A DNA stretch of 64,000 bases from an uncultured Faecalibacterium sp. (GTDB lineage: Bacteria; Bacillota; Clostridia; Oscillospirales; Acutalibacteraceae). The notes under the pieces were generated by a model. It ran no database searches, had not been told where the DNA came from, and was given only the letters and a program-made list of their open reading frames with translations. Shown here in pieces: positions 30,907 to 42,595 of the stretch (position 1 is the stretch's first letter; every line of letters starts with the position of its first letter). The stretch is from positions 211-64,210 of the forward strand of contig CAZTSC010000012.1 in NCBI GenBank assembly GCA_964616655.1, in the 5' to 3' direction. Both the position numbers and the translations under genes were made by a program.

Positions 30907-31599
30907 TTGTCACTTTTTGCAATAGCCGATACGCATTTATCGCTCGGAACGGACAAGCCGATGGACATTTTCGGCGGCTGGCAGGATTATGTGAAAAGAC
31001 TTGAAACAAATTGGCGAAAACTCGTCACCGATAAAGACACTGTTGTTATAGCCGGAGACATTTCATGGGCAATGAAATTGGAAGATGCTCTTGAGGACTT
31101 CAAATTTCTTGATTCACTGCCGGGCCAAAAACTTATATTCAAAGGTAATCATGATTATTGGTGGCAAACCATGAGGAAAATGGATTCTTGGTTGAGCGAA
31201 AACGAAATGAACACCATAAAGATAATGCATAACAGTGCGGTCAAGGTCGGTTCATTTGCTGTTTGCGGAAGTCGAGGTTGGTTCTTTGATGCCGAAAGTG
31301 ATCCGGACAATAAGATTCTTATTCGTGAGGCGGGAAGAGTCAGACGTTCGATCGAGGAGGCAAAAAAGACAGGGGCAGAGCCGATAGTCTTTCTTCATTA
31401 TCCTCCGCTGACAACTTCAATTGTTTGCAATGAAATAGTTGATGTTCTCAGAGAGGAAAATATCAAACGCTGTTATTATGGTCATCTTCACAGCTCATCA
31501 CTGAGAAATGCTTTCATAGGTGAGTGTGACGGCATAAAATTTGATGTAATTTCGGCTGATTTTCTTAAATTTTGCCCAAAACTTATTGAATTAGATTAA
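30907..31599 (+). CDS. Metallophosphoesterase
   Basis: TTG start after GAGGTG. Motifs ADTHL, GDISW and GNHDYWW. Confidence 0.75.
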   Translation: MSLFAIADTHLSLGTDKPMDIFGGWQDYVKRLETNWRKLVTDKDTVVIAGDISWAMKLEDALEDFKFLDSLPGQKLIFKGNHDYWWQTMRKMDSWLSENEMNTIKIMHNSAVKVGSFAVCGSRGWFFDAESDPDNKILIREAGRVRRSIEEAKKTGAEPIVFLHYPPLTTSIVCNEIVDVLREENIKRCYYGHLHSSSLRNAFIGECDGIKFDVISADFLKFCPKLIELD

Positions 31600-31681
31600 A
31601 TTTTTAAAAAAACTATAGATTTTTGTATTTAATACTGATATAATATATCGGATAAAAATGGGACTAAGGAGTTTTAAAGAA

Positions 31682-33019
31682 ATGAGTTTAAAATCTACTA
31701 ACCAAAAAGAAACAAACGTATATGAGCTTGAAATAGCTATTGACAAGGAAGTTTTTGCTGCTGCTGTCAAGAAGGCATATGCAAAGGCTAAGAAGAAGAT
31801 AGCTGTTCCCGGTTTCCGTAAGGGCAAAGTTCCTCAGAGCATCATCGAAAAGATGTATGGCGAAAGCTTCTTCTATGAAGATGCACTTGAGATCTGCTAT
31901 CCCGATGCAGCTGAAGAAGCTATCAAGGAATCCGGTCTTGATTTCATCGCAACAAATAATGTTGATGTTAAGAAGATGGGCGTTGAGGACGGTGTAGAAC
32001 TTGTTCTCACAGTTACCGTTAAACCTGAAGTTGAAATAGAGGAATATAAACTTCTTAAGGCTACACAGAAAAAGGTTGAGGCTACCGATGAAGAAATAGA
32101 GGCTAAGATTGACGAGCTTCGTGAGAGAAACGCAAGAATTGAAGCTGTTACTGACAGAAATGTTGAAAACGGCGATATAGTTACTATTGATTTTGAAGGA
32201 TTTGTTGACGGCGAGGCTTTCCCCGGCGGTAAGGCTGAAGAATATGATCTTACTATCGGTGCAGGTCAGTTTATTCCCGGCTTTGAAGATCAGATCATCG
32301 GTCATGAGATGAACGAAGAATTTGACATCAATGTTAAGTTCCCCGATGAATACACACCCGAACTTGCAGGTAAAGATGCTGTATTCAAGATCAAACTTCA
32401 CGAGATCAAGGTTAAGCAGCTTCCCGAAGTTGATGATGATTTCGCTCAGGAAGTTTCAGAGTTTGACACAGTTGATGCTCTTAAGAAGGACATCGCTAAA
32501 CAGATAAAGGAAACAAAGACAAACGAGAACGAGTCTGAAATTCAAAGACAGCTTCTTGATAAGCTTGCTGAGAATTTAAAGGCTGAGATCCCTGCTGTTA
32601 TGGTTGATCAGGAACTTGACAGCGAGATCAGAGATATTGACTACAGACTTTCAATGCAGGGCATGAATTTTGAGACATATCTTCAGTATACAGGTATGAC
32701 ACTCGATGCATACCGTGAGCAGGCAAGAGAGAATGCCGAGAAGTCTGTAAAGATTCGTCTTGCACTTGAAAAGATCGCTCAACTTGAAAATCTTGAGGCC
32801 ACCGAGGACGATCTCAACGAGCTTTATGACAAGTATGCAAAGCAGTATAACATGGAACTTAACGATATCAAGGCTGCTATCCCTGCCGATGCTATCAAGA
32901 ACGACATCGCAGTTGAAAAAGCTGTTAAGTTTGTTCGTGAGAACGCAAAGGTAACAACATCAAGAAAGAAAAAAGCAGCTCCCAAGGCAGAGACCGCAAA
33001 GGAAGAAACAGCCGAATAA
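31682..33019 (+). CDS. tig: Trigger factor
   Basis: ATG at 31682 after AAGGAG. The ribosome-binding FRKGKVP motif and an FKBP-type PPIase segment are present. Lies upstream of clpP-clpX. Confidence 0.9.
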   Translation: MSLKSTNQKETNVYELEIAIDKEVFAAAVKKAYAKAKKKIAVPGFRKGKVPQSIIEKMYGESFFYEDALEICYPDAAEEAIKESGLDFIATNNVDVKKMGVEDGVELVLTVTVKPEVEIEEYKLLKATQKKVEATDEEIEAKIDELRERNARIEAVTDRNVENGDIVTIDFEGFVDGEAFPGGKAEEYDLTIGAGQFIPGFEDQIIGHEMNEEFDINVKFPDEYTPELAGKDAVFKIKLHEIKVKQLPEVDDDFAQEVSEFDTVDALKKDIAKQIKETKTNENESEIQRQLLDKLAENLKAEIPAVMVDQELDSEIRDIDYRLSMQGMNFETYLQYTGMTLDAYREQARENAEKSVKIRLALEKIAQLENLEATEDDLNELYDKYAKQYNMELNDIKAAIPADAIKNDIAVEKAVKFVRENAKVTTSRKKKAAPKAETAKEETAE

Positions 33020-33035
33020 TTGATTAGCTTTATTT

Positions 33036-33092
33036 AAAAGTGACTATAATTTGATAGCGTGGTGCGTTTCGGCGTCCTACGCTATCAAAATT
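33036..33092 (+). terminator. Long hairpin downstream of tig
   Basis: ataatttgatagcgt...acgctatcaaaattat stem enclosing ggtgcgtttcggcgtcct, followed by aattttt. Confidence 0.5.
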
Positions 33093-33228
33093 ATAATTTT
33101 TGAGTGGTACGCTTAGGTGTATTCTTTATATAAGCCTATTACTCAAATTAAAAATAGAGAAGAACCGTGCGTATTATCGCTCACTGATGCGTACCGAAAA
33201 ATATTGTGAGCAGAAAGGCAGAAGAATT

Positions 33229-33810
33229 ATGAGCTTAGTACCGTATGTAGTTGAACAGACAAACAGAGGAGAAAGACAGTACGACATTTTCTCACGCTTA
33301 CTTAACGACAGAATAATAGTCCTCTCAGACGAGGTGAACGATGCGACAGCTTCGCTTGTCGTAGCACAGTTGCTTTATCTCGAAAGTCAGGATTCCGAAA
33401 AGGATATCAGTTTTTATATCAACAGCCCCGGCGGATCGGTTACGGCAGGCATGGCTATATATGACACAATGCAGTATATCAAGTGTGATGTTTCGACTAT
33501 CTGCATGGGCCTTGCCGCAAGCATGGGTGCATTTCTGCTTTCATCGGGTGCAAAGGGAAAGAGATTTGCTCTCCCGAACAGTGAAATTATGATTCATCAG
33601 CCGTCAGGCGGTGCAAAAGGTCAGGCCACGGATATAAAGATCGTTGCCGATCACATTCTTAGGACAAAAGAAAAATTGAACAAAATTCTTGCCGATAACA
33701 CCGGCAAACCCATAGAAATTATCGCTGAGGACACCGAAAGAGACAACTTCATGACAGCGGAAGAAGCCCTTGATTACGGTTTGGTTGATAAAATACTTTA
33801 TAAGAGATAA
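33229..33810 (+). CDS. clpP: ATP-dependent Clp protease proteolytic subunit
   Basis: The start at 33229 ([11 protein letters not shown]) follows AAAGGCAGAAG. Catalytic Ser in GLAASMGAF and His in MIHQP. The ORF-track start at 33100 is an extension. Confidence 0.95.
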   Translation: MSLVPYVVEQTNRGERQYDIFSRLLNDRIIVLSDEVNDATASLVVAQLLYLESQDSEKDISFYINSPGGSVTAGMAIYDTMQYIKCDVSTICMGLAASMGAFLLSSGAKGKRFALPNSEIMIHQPSGGAKGQATDIKIVADHILRTKEKLNKILADNTGKPIEIIAEDTERDNFMTAEEALDYGLVDKILYKR

Positions 33811-33830
33811 TCTAAAAGGACGAATTTATT

Positions 33831-35120
33831 ATGGCAGACAACAGAGATAAGCCCGTTCGCTGTTCCTTTTGCAATAAAACGCAGGATCAGGTTCAGACAC
33901 TTATAGCGGGCCCCGGAGTTTTTATCTGCGATGAGTGTATTGAACTTTGCCGTTCGATCATGCTTGAATCGCCCGAAATGAACGGCGGCAAGAAAAAAGG
34001 CGAAAGAGATTTCAGCACTCTCCCTAAGCCGAATGAGATAAAAGCAAAGCTTGATGAATATGTCATTGGTCAGGACAAAGCAAAAAAAGTCCTCAGCGTG
34101 GCAGTTTATAATCACTATAAAAGAATTTTTACTTCATCGGCTGATGGAGTCGAAATTTCAAAAAGCAATATACTTATGCTTGGCCCGACAGGTGTAGGTA
34201 AGACACTTCTTGCTCAGACGCTTGCCCGCATATTAGATGTTCCGTTTGCTATAGCCGATGCGACAACGCTCACTGAAGCCGGTTATGTCGGCGAGGACGT
34301 TGAAAATATATTGTTAAGGCTTATTCAGGCGGCAGATTATGATATCGAAAGAGCTGAAAAAGGTATTATATATGTCGATGAGATCGACAAGATAGCAAGA
34401 AAGAGTGAAAACTCATCAATAACTAGAGATGTTAGTGGTGAAGGTGTTCAGCAGGCGTTGTTGAAAATACTTGAAGGCACAGTCTCAAACGTACCCCCAA
34501 CAGGCGGAAGAAAGCACCCTCAGCAGGAATTTATACAGATAGACACAACGAATATTCTTTTCATTTGTGCCGGCGCATTTGACGGAATTGAAAAGATAAT
34601 TGAAAAACGTCAGGGAAAATCAGGACTTGGTTTCGGAGCTGAGATAAAGAGCAAAAAAGAGCTTGAGGCTAGTGAGCTTTTGCAAAAGACAGTTCATCAT
34701 GATCTTGTGAAATTCGGCATTATTCCCGAACTTGCCGGTCGTATGCCGGTTATAGCAACGCTTAAACCCCTTGATGAAGATGCACTCGTCAGCATTATGA
34801 CAAAGCCGAAAAACGCACTTATCAAGCAGTATAAATATTTATTCTCGCTTGACGGTGTTGAGCTTGATTTTGAGGACGATGCACTCAGAGCTATTGCAAA
34901 GAAAACCCTTGAAAATAACACAGGGGCAAGAGGTTTAAGGTCGGTTATGGAAAATTTGCTTATCAAATATATGTATGATGTACCGTCAGACATGACGATA
35001 AACAAACTGATCGTGACCGGAGACACTGTTAACGGAATTGGTGAACCGAAAATCGAACATTCAAACAGAAAGCAGATTGCCGATAAGCCGTCTTTTGGTG
35101 TCAAAGCAAGTAACAGATAA
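33831..35120 (+). CDS. clpX: ATP-dependent Clp protease ATP-binding subunit ClpX
   Basis: Zinc finger CSFCNK...CDECI; Walker A GPTGVGKT. Confidence 0.95.
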   Translation: MADNRDKPVRCSFCNKTQDQVQTLIAGPGVFICDECIELCRSIMLESPEMNGGKKKGERDFSTLPKPNEIKAKLDEYVIGQDKAKKVLSVAVYNHYKRIFTSSADGVEISKSNILMLGPTGVGKTLLAQTLARILDVPFAIADATTLTEAGYVGEDVENILLRLIQAADYDIERAEKGIIYVDEIDKIARKSENSSITRDVSGEGVQQALLKILEGTVSNVPPTGGRKHPQQEFIQIDTTNILFICAGAFDGIEKIIEKRQGKSGLGFGAEIKSKKELEASELLQKTVHHDLVKFGIIPELAGRMPVIATLKPLDEDALVSIMTKPKNALIKQYKYLFSLDGVELDFEDDALRAIAKKTLENNTGARGLRSVMENLLIKYMYDVPSDMTINKLIVTGDTVNGIGEPKIEHSNRKQIADKPSFGVKASNR

Positions 35121-35132
35121 ATAAAATCCATT

Positions 35133-35159
35133 AGCAGCCGTTTTTACGGCTGCTTTTTT
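35133..35159 (+). terminator. clpX terminator
   Basis: agcagccgt-tttt-acggctgct followed by ttttt. Confidence 0.8.
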
Positions 35160-35161
35160 AC

Positions 35162-35207
35162 ATATAGAGCAAGGGAACGAACATAAGTCCGTTCCCTTGC
35201 TCTATAT
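35162..35207. repeat. Perfect 18-bp inverted repeat downstream of carB
   Basis: atatagagcaagggaacg-N10-cgttcccttgctctatat. No U-tract on either strand. Probable 3' end structure of the arg-car transcript. Confidence 0.5.
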
Positions 35208-35233
35208 AAAACCAAACCGAAAGGTAGGAGCTG

Positions 35234-38200
35234 TCAATCTTCGTCTATAGTTGAAACTTTGTTTGTCAGTTCCTCTAAGACATCTAAAACAATGCGAACT
35301 GTGTCAAGCGAAGTGAAAGTCGTCACACCGTTTTCAACAGCACAACGGCGCATTTCTTCACCGTTGACATAGTGAACACCCGAAAGTATCGCTCTTGTGT
35401 TGATAATATAGCTGACGTGGCCCGAACGTATAGCCTCAAGTGTGTCGTCACTGCCTTCGTTAATATTCTTCAACTTGTGTACACGAAGTCCGTTCTTTTT
35501 CAAAAACTCAGCTGTACAGGTTGTAGCTTCAATGTTAAAGCCGATATTATAAAATCTCTTGACAAGAGGCAAAACTTCCTCTTTATCCTCATCGGCAACC
35601 GAAACCAAAACTGTTCCATAGTTGAACATGGGTATTCCCGCCGCCTGTAGAGCTTTATATAGCGCTCTGTTGAGTTTCACGTCATATCCTATAGCTTCGC
35701 CCGTTGATTTCATTTCGGGCGAAAGATAAGCGTCCATTCCCGTTAGTTTTGAGAATGAGAAAGCAGGAGCTTTGACATATTTACGCTTTCTGTCAGGGAG
35801 AATCATCTGATCAATGCCTTGAGATTTAAGATCTTGTCCAAGCATGACTTTTGTTGCAATACTGACAAGATTGCACCCCGTGGATTTTGATAGAAATGGG
35901 ACACTTCTAGAGGCTCTGGGATTGACTTCAATGACATAAACATTTTCGTTTTTATCAACGATAAACTGGATATTGAATAGTCCGACTATTCCTATTCCGA
36001 GTCCTAAACGTGTTGTGTAGTCGTTTATTTTATCTCTGACGGATTGCGAAACAGAGAACGGCGGATAAACACTGGTGCTGTCACCTGAATGTACGCCGGT
36101 ACGTTCGACAAGTTCCATTATTCCCGGAATAAAGACCTGCTTTCCATCACAGACCGCATCAACCTCGACTTCTTTTCCTCTTAAATATTTATCTATAAGA
36201 ACAGGCTTATCTTCACCGATCTCAACTGCATTTTTGAGATATTTTCTAAGCATATCTTCATTTGCCACGATTTCCATGGCTCTTCCTCCGAGAACAAAGC
36301 TCGGCCGTACCAAAACGGGATAACCGATTTTTTCTGCGGCTTTAACGCCTGATTCAATGTCGGTTACCGCCTCACCGGTCGGATTCGGAATTTCAAGCTG
36401 TTTAATAACTTCATTGAAAGCATCTCTGTTTTCAGCTTTTTCAATTGCTTTGCAGTCTGTGCCGATTATCTTGACTCCTCTCTTTTCAAGAGGTTCGGCA
36501 AGATTGACCGCTGTTTGACCACCGAGAGTGGCGATAACACCTTCGGGCTTTTCCAAGTGAATGACATTCATTACGTCCTCACAAGTCAGCGGTTCAAAAT
36601 AAAGCTTATCAGCTGCAGTATAATCGGTTGAAACGGTTTCGGGATTGTTGTTAATAACTATTGCTTCGTAGCCAAGTTCTCTAATAGTGCGAAGTGCGTG
36701 TACGGTAGAATAGTCAAACTCAACTCCTTGACCTATGCGGATAGGGCCTGAACCCAAAACTATGACCTTTTTCTTATCTGTGACTTCAGATTCGTTTTCA
36801 TCAGCGTAAGTTGAGTAGAAATAAGGGACATAGCTTTCAAATTCACTTGCACAAGTGTCTATCATCTTATAAATAGGATAGATATTTTCTTTGATTCTTC
36901 GTCTGTATATATTTTCTTCGCTATCGTGCCAAAGCTCCGAAATATATGAATCAGAAAAGCCCAAACGTTTTGCTTCTTTTAAGAGCTTTGATGAATTTGG
37001 GTTCGCCTCAAGCTCTTTTTCAAAATCAACAATGTTCTTGATTTTGTTAAGGAAAAACATATCAATCTGCGTTATGTCGCATATCAATGAGGGATCAACT
37101 CCGAACCACATAAGCTGAGATATGGCATAAAGTCTGTCATCTGTACCGTCTTTGATATATTCAAGAAGTTCTTCAAGACTCATGTGATCCGAGTCGAACT
37201 TTGCCAAATGAATATGGTTTTTGCCGTCCTCAAGTGAACGAATAGCTTTTAAGAAACTTTCCTCAAAACATCTGCCAACGCTCATGACTTCACCCGTTGC
37301 TTTCATCTGTGTTGAAAGCTTGTTTTCCGCATTCGGAAACTTATCAAACGGAAATCTCGGCATTTTTGTTACAACATAATCGAGTGACGGCTCAAAACAA
37401 GCGGGAGTATTAGCAAGTTGAATTTCATGAAGATCCATTCCGACCGCTATTTTAGCCGAAACTCTTGCGATAGGATATCCGCTTGCCTTTGATGCAAGTG
37501 CCGATGAACGTGAAACTCTTGGATTGACCTCAATGACATAATAATTGAACGAATAAGGATCGAGTGCAAACTGAACGTTACAGCCACCCTTAACTTTGAG
37601 TGTACGGATTATTTTTAATGCACTGTCTCTGAGCATATGATACTCTTTGTTTGTTAAAGTCTGACTTGGAGCGACTACCACGGAATCGCCGGTATGGATA
37701 CCGACAGGATCGAGATTTTCCATGTTGCAGACAGTAATCGCAGTGTCGTTTGCATCTCTTATAACTTCGTACTCTATTTCCTTGTACCCTTTGATACTTT
37801 TTTCAATAAGCACTTGATGAACAGGGGAGAGAGCGAGGGCTTTTTTCATCATCTCTTTGAGTTCTTCGGGTGAATTTGCAAAACCGCCGCCTGTGCCGCC
37901 GAGAGTGAATGCCGGTCTTAATATGACGGGATAGCCGATGGCTTCGGCTGCTGAAAGAGCTTCTTCGGTACTGTAGGTTATCTGAGAGGGCACAGTAGGT
38001 TCGCCTATTTTTATGCAAAGCTCCTTGAAAAGCTCTCTGTCTTCGGCACATTCAATACTTTTTGCATCAGTTCCCAAAAGTTCTATATTACATTCGGAAA
38101 GAATACCTTTTTTGTATAACTGCATAGCAAGATTAAGCCCTGTTTGACCGCCAATACCCGGAAGAATGGCATCGGGACGTTCATAACGGCAAATTCTTGC

Positions 38201-38422
38201 GAGATATTCAAGATTTAAAGGCTCCATATACACTTTGTCGGCAATAGTTGTATCGGTCATGATAGTTGCGGGGTTTGAGTTAACCAAAATTACTTCATAG
38301 CCTTCTTCTCTTAAGGCAAGGCAGGCTTGAGTTCCCGCATAGTCAAATTCTGCGGCTTGACCTATGACGATAGGCCCTGATCCTATGACGAGGACTTTTT
38401 TTATGTCTGTTCTCTTAGGCAA
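35234..38422 (-). CDS. carB: Carbamoyl-phosphate synthase large subunit
   Basis: 1062 aa with a duplicated ATP-grasp architecture and an MGS-like C-terminus. Confidence 0.95.
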   Translation of the reverse strand: MPKRTDIKKVLVIGSGPIVIGQAAEFDYAGTQACLALREEGYEVILVNSNPATIMTDTTIADKVYMEPLNLEYLARICRYERPDAILPGIGGQTGLNLAMQLYKKGILSECNIELLGTDAKSIECAEDRELFKELCIKIGEPTVPSQITYSTEEALSAAEAIGYPVILRPAFTLGGTGGGFANSPEELKEMMKKALALSPVHQVLIEKSIKGYKEIEYEVIRDANDTAITVCNMENLDPVGIHTGDSVVVAPSQTLTNKEYHMLRDSALKIIRTLKVKGGCNVQFALDPYSFNYYVIEVNPRVSRSSALASKASGYPIARVSAKIAVGMDLHEIQLANTPACFEPSLDYVVTKMPRFPFDKFPNAENKLSTQMKATGEVMSVGRCFEESFLKAIRSLEDGKNHIHLAKFDSDHMSLEELLEYIKDGTDDRLYAISQLMWFGVDPSLICDITQIDMFFLNKIKNIVDFEKELEANPNSSKLLKEAKRLGFSDSYISELWHDSEENIYRRRIKENIYPIYKMIDTCASEFESYVPYFYSTYADENESEVTDKKKVIVLGSGPIRIGQGVEFDYSTVHALRTIRELGYEAIVINNNPETVSTDYTAADKLYFEPLTCEDVMNVIHLEKPEGVIATLGGQTAVNLAEPLEKRGVKIIGTDCKAIEKAENRDAFNEVIKQLEIPNPTGEAVTDIESGVKAAEKIGYPVLVRPSFVLGGRAMEIVANEDMLRKYLKNAVEIGEDKPVLIDKYLRGKEVEVDAVCDGKQVFIPGIMELVERTGVHSGDSTSVYPPFSVSQSVRDKINDYTTRLGLGIGIVGLFNIQFIVDKNENVYVIEVNPRASRSVPFLSKSTGCNLVSIATKVMLGQDLKSQGIDQMILPDRKRKYVKAPAFSFSKLTGMDAYLSPEMKSTGEAIGYDVKLNRALYKALQAAGIPMFNYGTVLVSVADEDKEEVLPLVKRFYNIGFNIEATTCTAEFLKKNGLRVHKLKNINEGSDDTLEAIRSGHVSYIINTRAILSGVHYVNGEEMRRCAVENGVTTFTSLDTVRIVLDVLEELTNKVSTIDED

Positions 38423-39509
38423 GACCTTTCGCCTCCTTCATATATCCGATAAATTTTTCAAATAAGTATTCGCTGTCTTGCGGGCCGGGAGCGCTTTCCG
38501 GATGGTATTGAACGCTGAATATTTTGTCTTTTTCACATTCCAATCCCTCAACAGTTCCGTCAAGCAGGTTTATATGAGTAACTGTTAACTCAGTTTTGTT
38601 TAGACTTTCGTTTTTTACCGCATAGCTGTGGTTCTGTGAGGTTATTTCTATCTTGCCCGTTAGCGTATTCATAACAGGGTGATTTCCGCCTCTGTGACCG
38701 AATTTCAGCTTATAAGTTTCAGCACCGTAAGCAAGCGATATCACCTGATGGCCTAAACAAATGCCGAATATCGGATATTTTCCTTTTAGATTTTTAACTG
38801 TTTCAATAACCGGTACAACATCAGTTGGATCTCCGGGACCGTTTGAAAGAAAGATTCCGTCAGGTTTTATAAACTCAATTTCTTCGGCTGTTGTGTTAAA
38901 CGGCACTACTGTCACATTGCAACCGAGTTTATTAAGACAGCGGACAATATTCAGCTTGATTCCACAATCGACAGCAACAACGTTAAACTTCGGATTAGCT
39001 GTCCGTGAATACCAACGCTTTCGGCTGCTGACACGGCTTACCGCATCATGTGAGATGGGTGTACTTTGAATAATTTTTATCGCTTCTTCGGTTGAAACTT
39101 CCGGCGAAGTAATAACAGCACGGCGAGAACCTAAATCTCGGATACTTCTGACAAGCTTTCTTGTGTCAATTCCATAGATTCCGGGGATACTGTTTTCTTC
39201 AAGCAGTTCGGACAGCGTTTTGGTGTATCTGAAATTTGATGGCCTATCGTTGTAATCATAGACAACAAGACCGCCGATACTGGGATTTTTACATTCAAAA
39301 TCATCATCGGTTATGCCGTAATTTCCGATAAGAGGATATGTCATGACAACAAACTGGTCAGTGTATGACGGATCTGAAACTATTTCCTGATAGCCGACCA
39401 TGGATGTGTTGAATACAATTTCACAAACTCGGTTGCAATTTGCACCAAATCCGTAGCCGTAGTATTCGCTGCCGTCCTCAAGGACTAATTTTCTGTTTTT
39501 ATCTTTCAT
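38415..39509 (-). CDS. carA: Carbamoyl-phosphate synthase small subunit
   Basis: GATase motif GICLGHQ...HPE. 8-nt overlap with carB. Confidence 0.95.
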   Translation of the reverse strand: MKDKNRKLVLEDGSEYYGYGFGANCNRVCEIVFNTSMVGYQEIVSDPSYTDQFVVMTYPLIGNYGITDDDFECKNPSIGGLVVYDYNDRPSNFRYTKTLSELLEENSIPGIYGIDTRKLVRSIRDLGSRRAVITSPEVSTEEAIKIIQSTPISHDAVSRVSSRKRWYSRTANPKFNVVAVDCGIKLNIVRCLNKLGCNVTVVPFNTTAEEIEFIKPDGIFLSNGPGDPTDVVPVIETVKNLKGKYPIFGICLGHQVISLAYGAETYKLKFGHRGGNHPVMNTLTGKIEITSQNHSYAVKNESLNKTELTVTHINLLDGTVEGLECEKDKIFSVQYHPESAPGPQDSEYLFEKFIGYMKEAKGLA

Positions 39510-39536
39510 ATTCGGTCAAGCTCCTTAGCCTGCGGA

Positions 39537-40538
39537 TTATAAGTCTATCTCATCACAAAGCGTTGCCGCCATAACTGCTTTTATCGTGTGCATACGGTTT
39601 TCAGCCTCTTTAAATACGACAGACTGTGAACTTTCAAAAACGTCATCGGTGACTTCCATGGCATCTCTTGAAAACTTTTCGCACATTTCCTTGCCGACAG
39701 TTGTTTTCTTGTCGTGATAAGCCGGCAAACAGTGCATAAATATTGCATCAGGTGATGCTTTAGCCATAAGCTCTTTGTTGACCTGATAAGGAGAGAGAGC
39801 CTTTATACGTTCCTCCCAAACTTCGACAGGTTCACCCATTGAAACCCAAATATCTGTATAAATTATATTTGCATTTTTGACTGCTTCATCGGGAGATTCA
39901 ATAAACTTAAGTGCAGCTCCTGATTTTTCGGCAAGTTTTTCACACTCAGCTATAAGCTCTTTGCATGGGAAAAACTCTTTTGGTGCGCAGGCGGTGAAAT
40001 TCACACCCATTTTTGCGCAGCCAACCATAAGCGAATTGCCCATATTGAATCTGGCATCGCCCATATATACAAAATTTAATCCCTTGAGATATCCAAAATG
40101 CTCTTTTATTGTCAGAAAATCAGCCAAGATCTGTGTCGGATGAAATTCGTCAGTCAGACCATTCCAAACGGGTACTGAGGCATATTTTGCCAATTCTTCA
40201 ACTATTTTTTGACCGAAACCACGGTATTCTATGCCATCAAACATTCCGGAGAGAACTCTTGCTGTGTCGGCAATGCTTTCTTTTTTGCCTATCTGTGAGC
40301 CGGACGGATCAAGATATGTGCAGCCCATGCCGAGATCCCTTGCGGCAACCTCAAAGCTGCATCTGGTTCTTGTACTTGTCTTTTCAAAAATCAGAGCAAC
40401 ATTTTTGCCTTCGCATTTTTTGTGCGGTACACCTGACTTCTTATCTGATTTGAACTTTTCAGCTAAGGAAATTAGATATTCAATTTCTTTGGATGAAAAG
40501 TCTAAAAGCTTTAAAAAATCTTTACCTTTTAAATTCAT
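39537..40538 (-). CDS. argF: Ornithine carbamoyltransferase
   Basis: The start at 40538 ([11 protein letters not shown]) avoids overlap with argD. Motifs STRTRCSFE and HCLP. Confidence 0.9.
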   Translation of the reverse strand: MNLKGKDFLKLLDFSSKEIEYLISLAEKFKSDKKSGVPHKKCEGKNVALIFEKTSTRTRCSFEVAARDLGMGCTYLDPSGSQIGKKESIADTARVLSGMFDGIEYRGFGQKIVEELAKYASVPVWNGLTDEFHPTQILADFLTIKEHFGYLKGLNFVYMGDARFNMGNSLMVGCAKMGVNFTACAPKEFFPCKELIAECEKLAEKSGAALKFIESPDEAVKNANIIYTDIWVSMGEPVEVWEERIKALSPYQVNKELMAKASPDAIFMHCLPAYHDKKTTVGKEMCEKFSRDAMEVTDDVFESSQSVVFKEAENRMHTIKAVMAATLCDEIDL

Positions 40539-40548
40539 TTTGTCCTCC

Positions 40549-41712
40549 TTATTCAGCACAAGCTTTTTTAATGATGTCAATTGCTTTTTCAAGCTGATCA
40601 AATGGAATATTCAATGCGGGAAGAAGTCTCAGCTTGTTTTTTGCTTTAATAACAAGTACGCCGAGATCTCTGCATATAGAAATAACTTCGCCGACATCTT
40701 TTTTCGTTTTAACGCCGAGCATAAGACCGATACCTGTCACGTTTTCTATACCGTCAGCTCCGGATAATTCATTTATTATGTATTCTGAACGTTTTTTAAC
40801 ACCTTTTAGCAGTTCATCGTCAATTCTTTCTATGATACTTATTGCTCCTGCACAACAGACGGGATTTCCACCGAAAGTTGAGCCATGTGAACCGGTGCAA
40901 AGAACATCTTTGACTTTTTCACCAAGAAGTGTTGCACCGATCGGAAGTCCACCGCCAAGGCCTTTAGCAGTTGAAACTATATCGGGCGTGATATCGAAGT
41001 TCATATAGCCGTAAAGTTCACCTGTTCTGCCGTTGCCGGTTTGTACCTCATCGCAAATCAAAAGCACGTCATTATCTGCTGCTATTTTTTCAGCGGCTTT
41101 GACAAATTCTTTTTCAAGAGGAACAACACCGCCTTCGCCTTGAATAACTTCCATCATTATTGCGGCACATTTATTGTTTTCGACTAAAGCCCTAAGTCCG
41201 TCAATATCGTTTGCATCTGCATAGAGAAAGCCCTCGGTCAAGGGAGTGAAGTCATTATGATAAACCTCTTGACCTGTTGCGGCGAGGGTGGTTACAGTTC
41301 TGCCGTGAAAACTGTTTCTGAGAGTGATAATATTACAATATTCCTTGCCTTTCTTTTCCTCTGCATATTTTCTTGCTGTTTTTATGGCACATTCGTTAGC
41401 TTCTGCACCTGAATTTGAGAAAAAGACTTTTTTCATGCCGGTTTTTTCACAAAGAAGTTTTGCAAGTTTAACGCAAGGCTCTGTGTAGTACAAATTTGAT
41501 GTGTGCTGGAGCTTTGAAAGCTGTGATGTAACTGCACTAACCCATTCGGGATCGGAAAATCCGAATGAGTTAACGGCAATTCCTGTCGAAAGGTCGATAT
41601 ATTCTTTTCCGTCAACGTCTTTGACTATCGAACCGTTTCCGCTTTCGAGTGCCACGGGAAACCTTGCGTAGGTGTTTGCAACGTACGTTTTATCAAAATT
41701 CATAATATCCAT
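40549..41712 (-). CDS. argD: Acetylornithine aminotransferase
   Basis: Class III aminotransferase in an arg operon context. RBS GGAGA lies 6 nt before the ATG. Confidence 0.9.
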   Translation of the reverse strand: MDIMNFDKTYVANTYARFPVALESGNGSIVKDVDGKEYIDLSTGIAVNSFGFSDPEWVSAVTSQLSKLQHTSNLYYTEPCVKLAKLLCEKTGMKKVFFSNSGAEANECAIKTARKYAEEKKGKEYCNIITLRNSFHGRTVTTLAATGQEVYHNDFTPLTEGFLYADANDIDGLRALVENNKCAAIMMEVIQGEGGVVPLEKEFVKAAEKIAADNDVLLICDEVQTGNGRTGELYGYMNFDITPDIVSTAKGLGGGLPIGATLLGEKVKDVLCTGSHGSTFGGNPVCCAGAISIIERIDDELLKGVKKRSEYIINELSGADGIENVTGIGLMLGVKTKKDVGEVISICRDLGVLVIKAKNKLRLLPALNIPFDQLEKAIDIIKKACAE

Positions 41713-41724
41713 AATAATTCTCCG

Positions 41725-42582
41725 TTATTCGTCAATAAACATAGTTCCGATACCCTCATCTGTGAGCATTTCAATGAGTATGGAGTGGGGGATACGTCCG
41801 TCAATAATAAACACACGTTTAACTCCCCAGTGTATAGCCTCTATGCAACATTCGGCTTTTGGAATCATACCGCCGTTGATGACACCGCTTTCGATAAGCT
41901 GAGGCAACTCACTGACTTTGATTTTCGGTATTAGGGTGTCCGGATCGTTCTTATCTCTTAATATTCCTGCAATATCGGTCATGGTGATGAGACTTGTTGC
42001 ACCAAGTTCACCGGATATTCTGGCTGCCACGGTGTCAGCGTTGATGTTGTAAGCATGACCTTCATCATCACAGCCGAGAGTTGAAATGACCGGAATATAG
42101 CCCTTTTCAATAACATCTAAGATTGGTTGGACATTGACCGAGGTTATTTCTCCGACATAGCCTAATTCTTTGCTTTTCGGTTTAGCTTTGATCATGCCGC
42201 CGTCCATTCCGGAAAGACCTATAGCATTGCCGCCTTTGCTTTCTATCAGACTTACAAGGCTTTTATTGACCTTTCCTGCAAGCACCATTTGAACGATGTC
42301 TACCGTTTCTTCGTCTGTTACACGAAGTCCGTTTATAAACTTGCTTTCTTTGCCTGTTTTTGAAAGCATTTCACTGATTTCGGGGCCGCCTCCGTGAACT
42401 AAAACAACTTTAATGCCGATCAGCCAAAGCAGTATTATGTCTCGCATAACCTTATCCTTAAGCTCATCGTTTATCATAGCGTTTCCGCCGTATTTTATGA
42501 CAACTATCTTGCCTGAATATTTTTGAATGTAAGGGAGAGCATGAACTAAAACCTTAGCTCTCTCGGCATTTGAAATTTGCAT
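41725..42582 (-). CDS. argB: Acetylglutamate kinase
   Basis: The start at 42582 follows GGAGGG. Motif KYGGNAM. Confidence 0.9.
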   Translation of the reverse strand: MQISNAERAKVLVHALPYIQKYSGKIVVIKYGGNAMINDELKDKVMRDIILLWLIGIKVVLVHGGGPEISEMLSKTGKESKFINGLRVTDEETVDIVQMVLAGKVNKSLVSLIESKGGNAIGLSGMDGGMIKAKPKSKELGYVGEITSVNVQPILDVIEKGYIPVISTLGCDDEGHAYNINADTVAARISGELGATSLITMTDIAGILRDKNDPDTLIPKIKVSELPQLIESGVINGGMIPKAECCIEAIHWGVKRVFIIDGRIPHSILIEMLTDEGIGTMFIDE

Positions 42583-42595
42583 CTGTTTCCCTCCG

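Noticed and set aside
31688-32401. 237-aa antisense ORF inside tig. Similar long shadow ORFs occur at 12285-12779, 34697-35131, 40231-40767, 49143-49562 and 53092-53562.
   Set aside because: Each lies entirely within a well-supported gene on the opposite strand or in another frame. They have low-complexity composition and lack an RBS. These are typical shadow ORFs.
33100-33228. Upstream extension of the clpP ORF. Similar extensions exist for the tal-like gene (12136), the TauE gene (15824), argF (40601), argB (42633) and argG (47390).
   Set aside because: The internal ATG starts have canonical RBSs, match conserved family N-termini and remove overlaps with upstream genes.
33105-33228. CtsR or CIRCE heat-shock operator upstream of clpP
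   Set aside because: No GGTCAAA-NAN-GGTCAAA direct repeat and no TTAGCACTC-N9-GAGTGCTAA inverted repeat is present.
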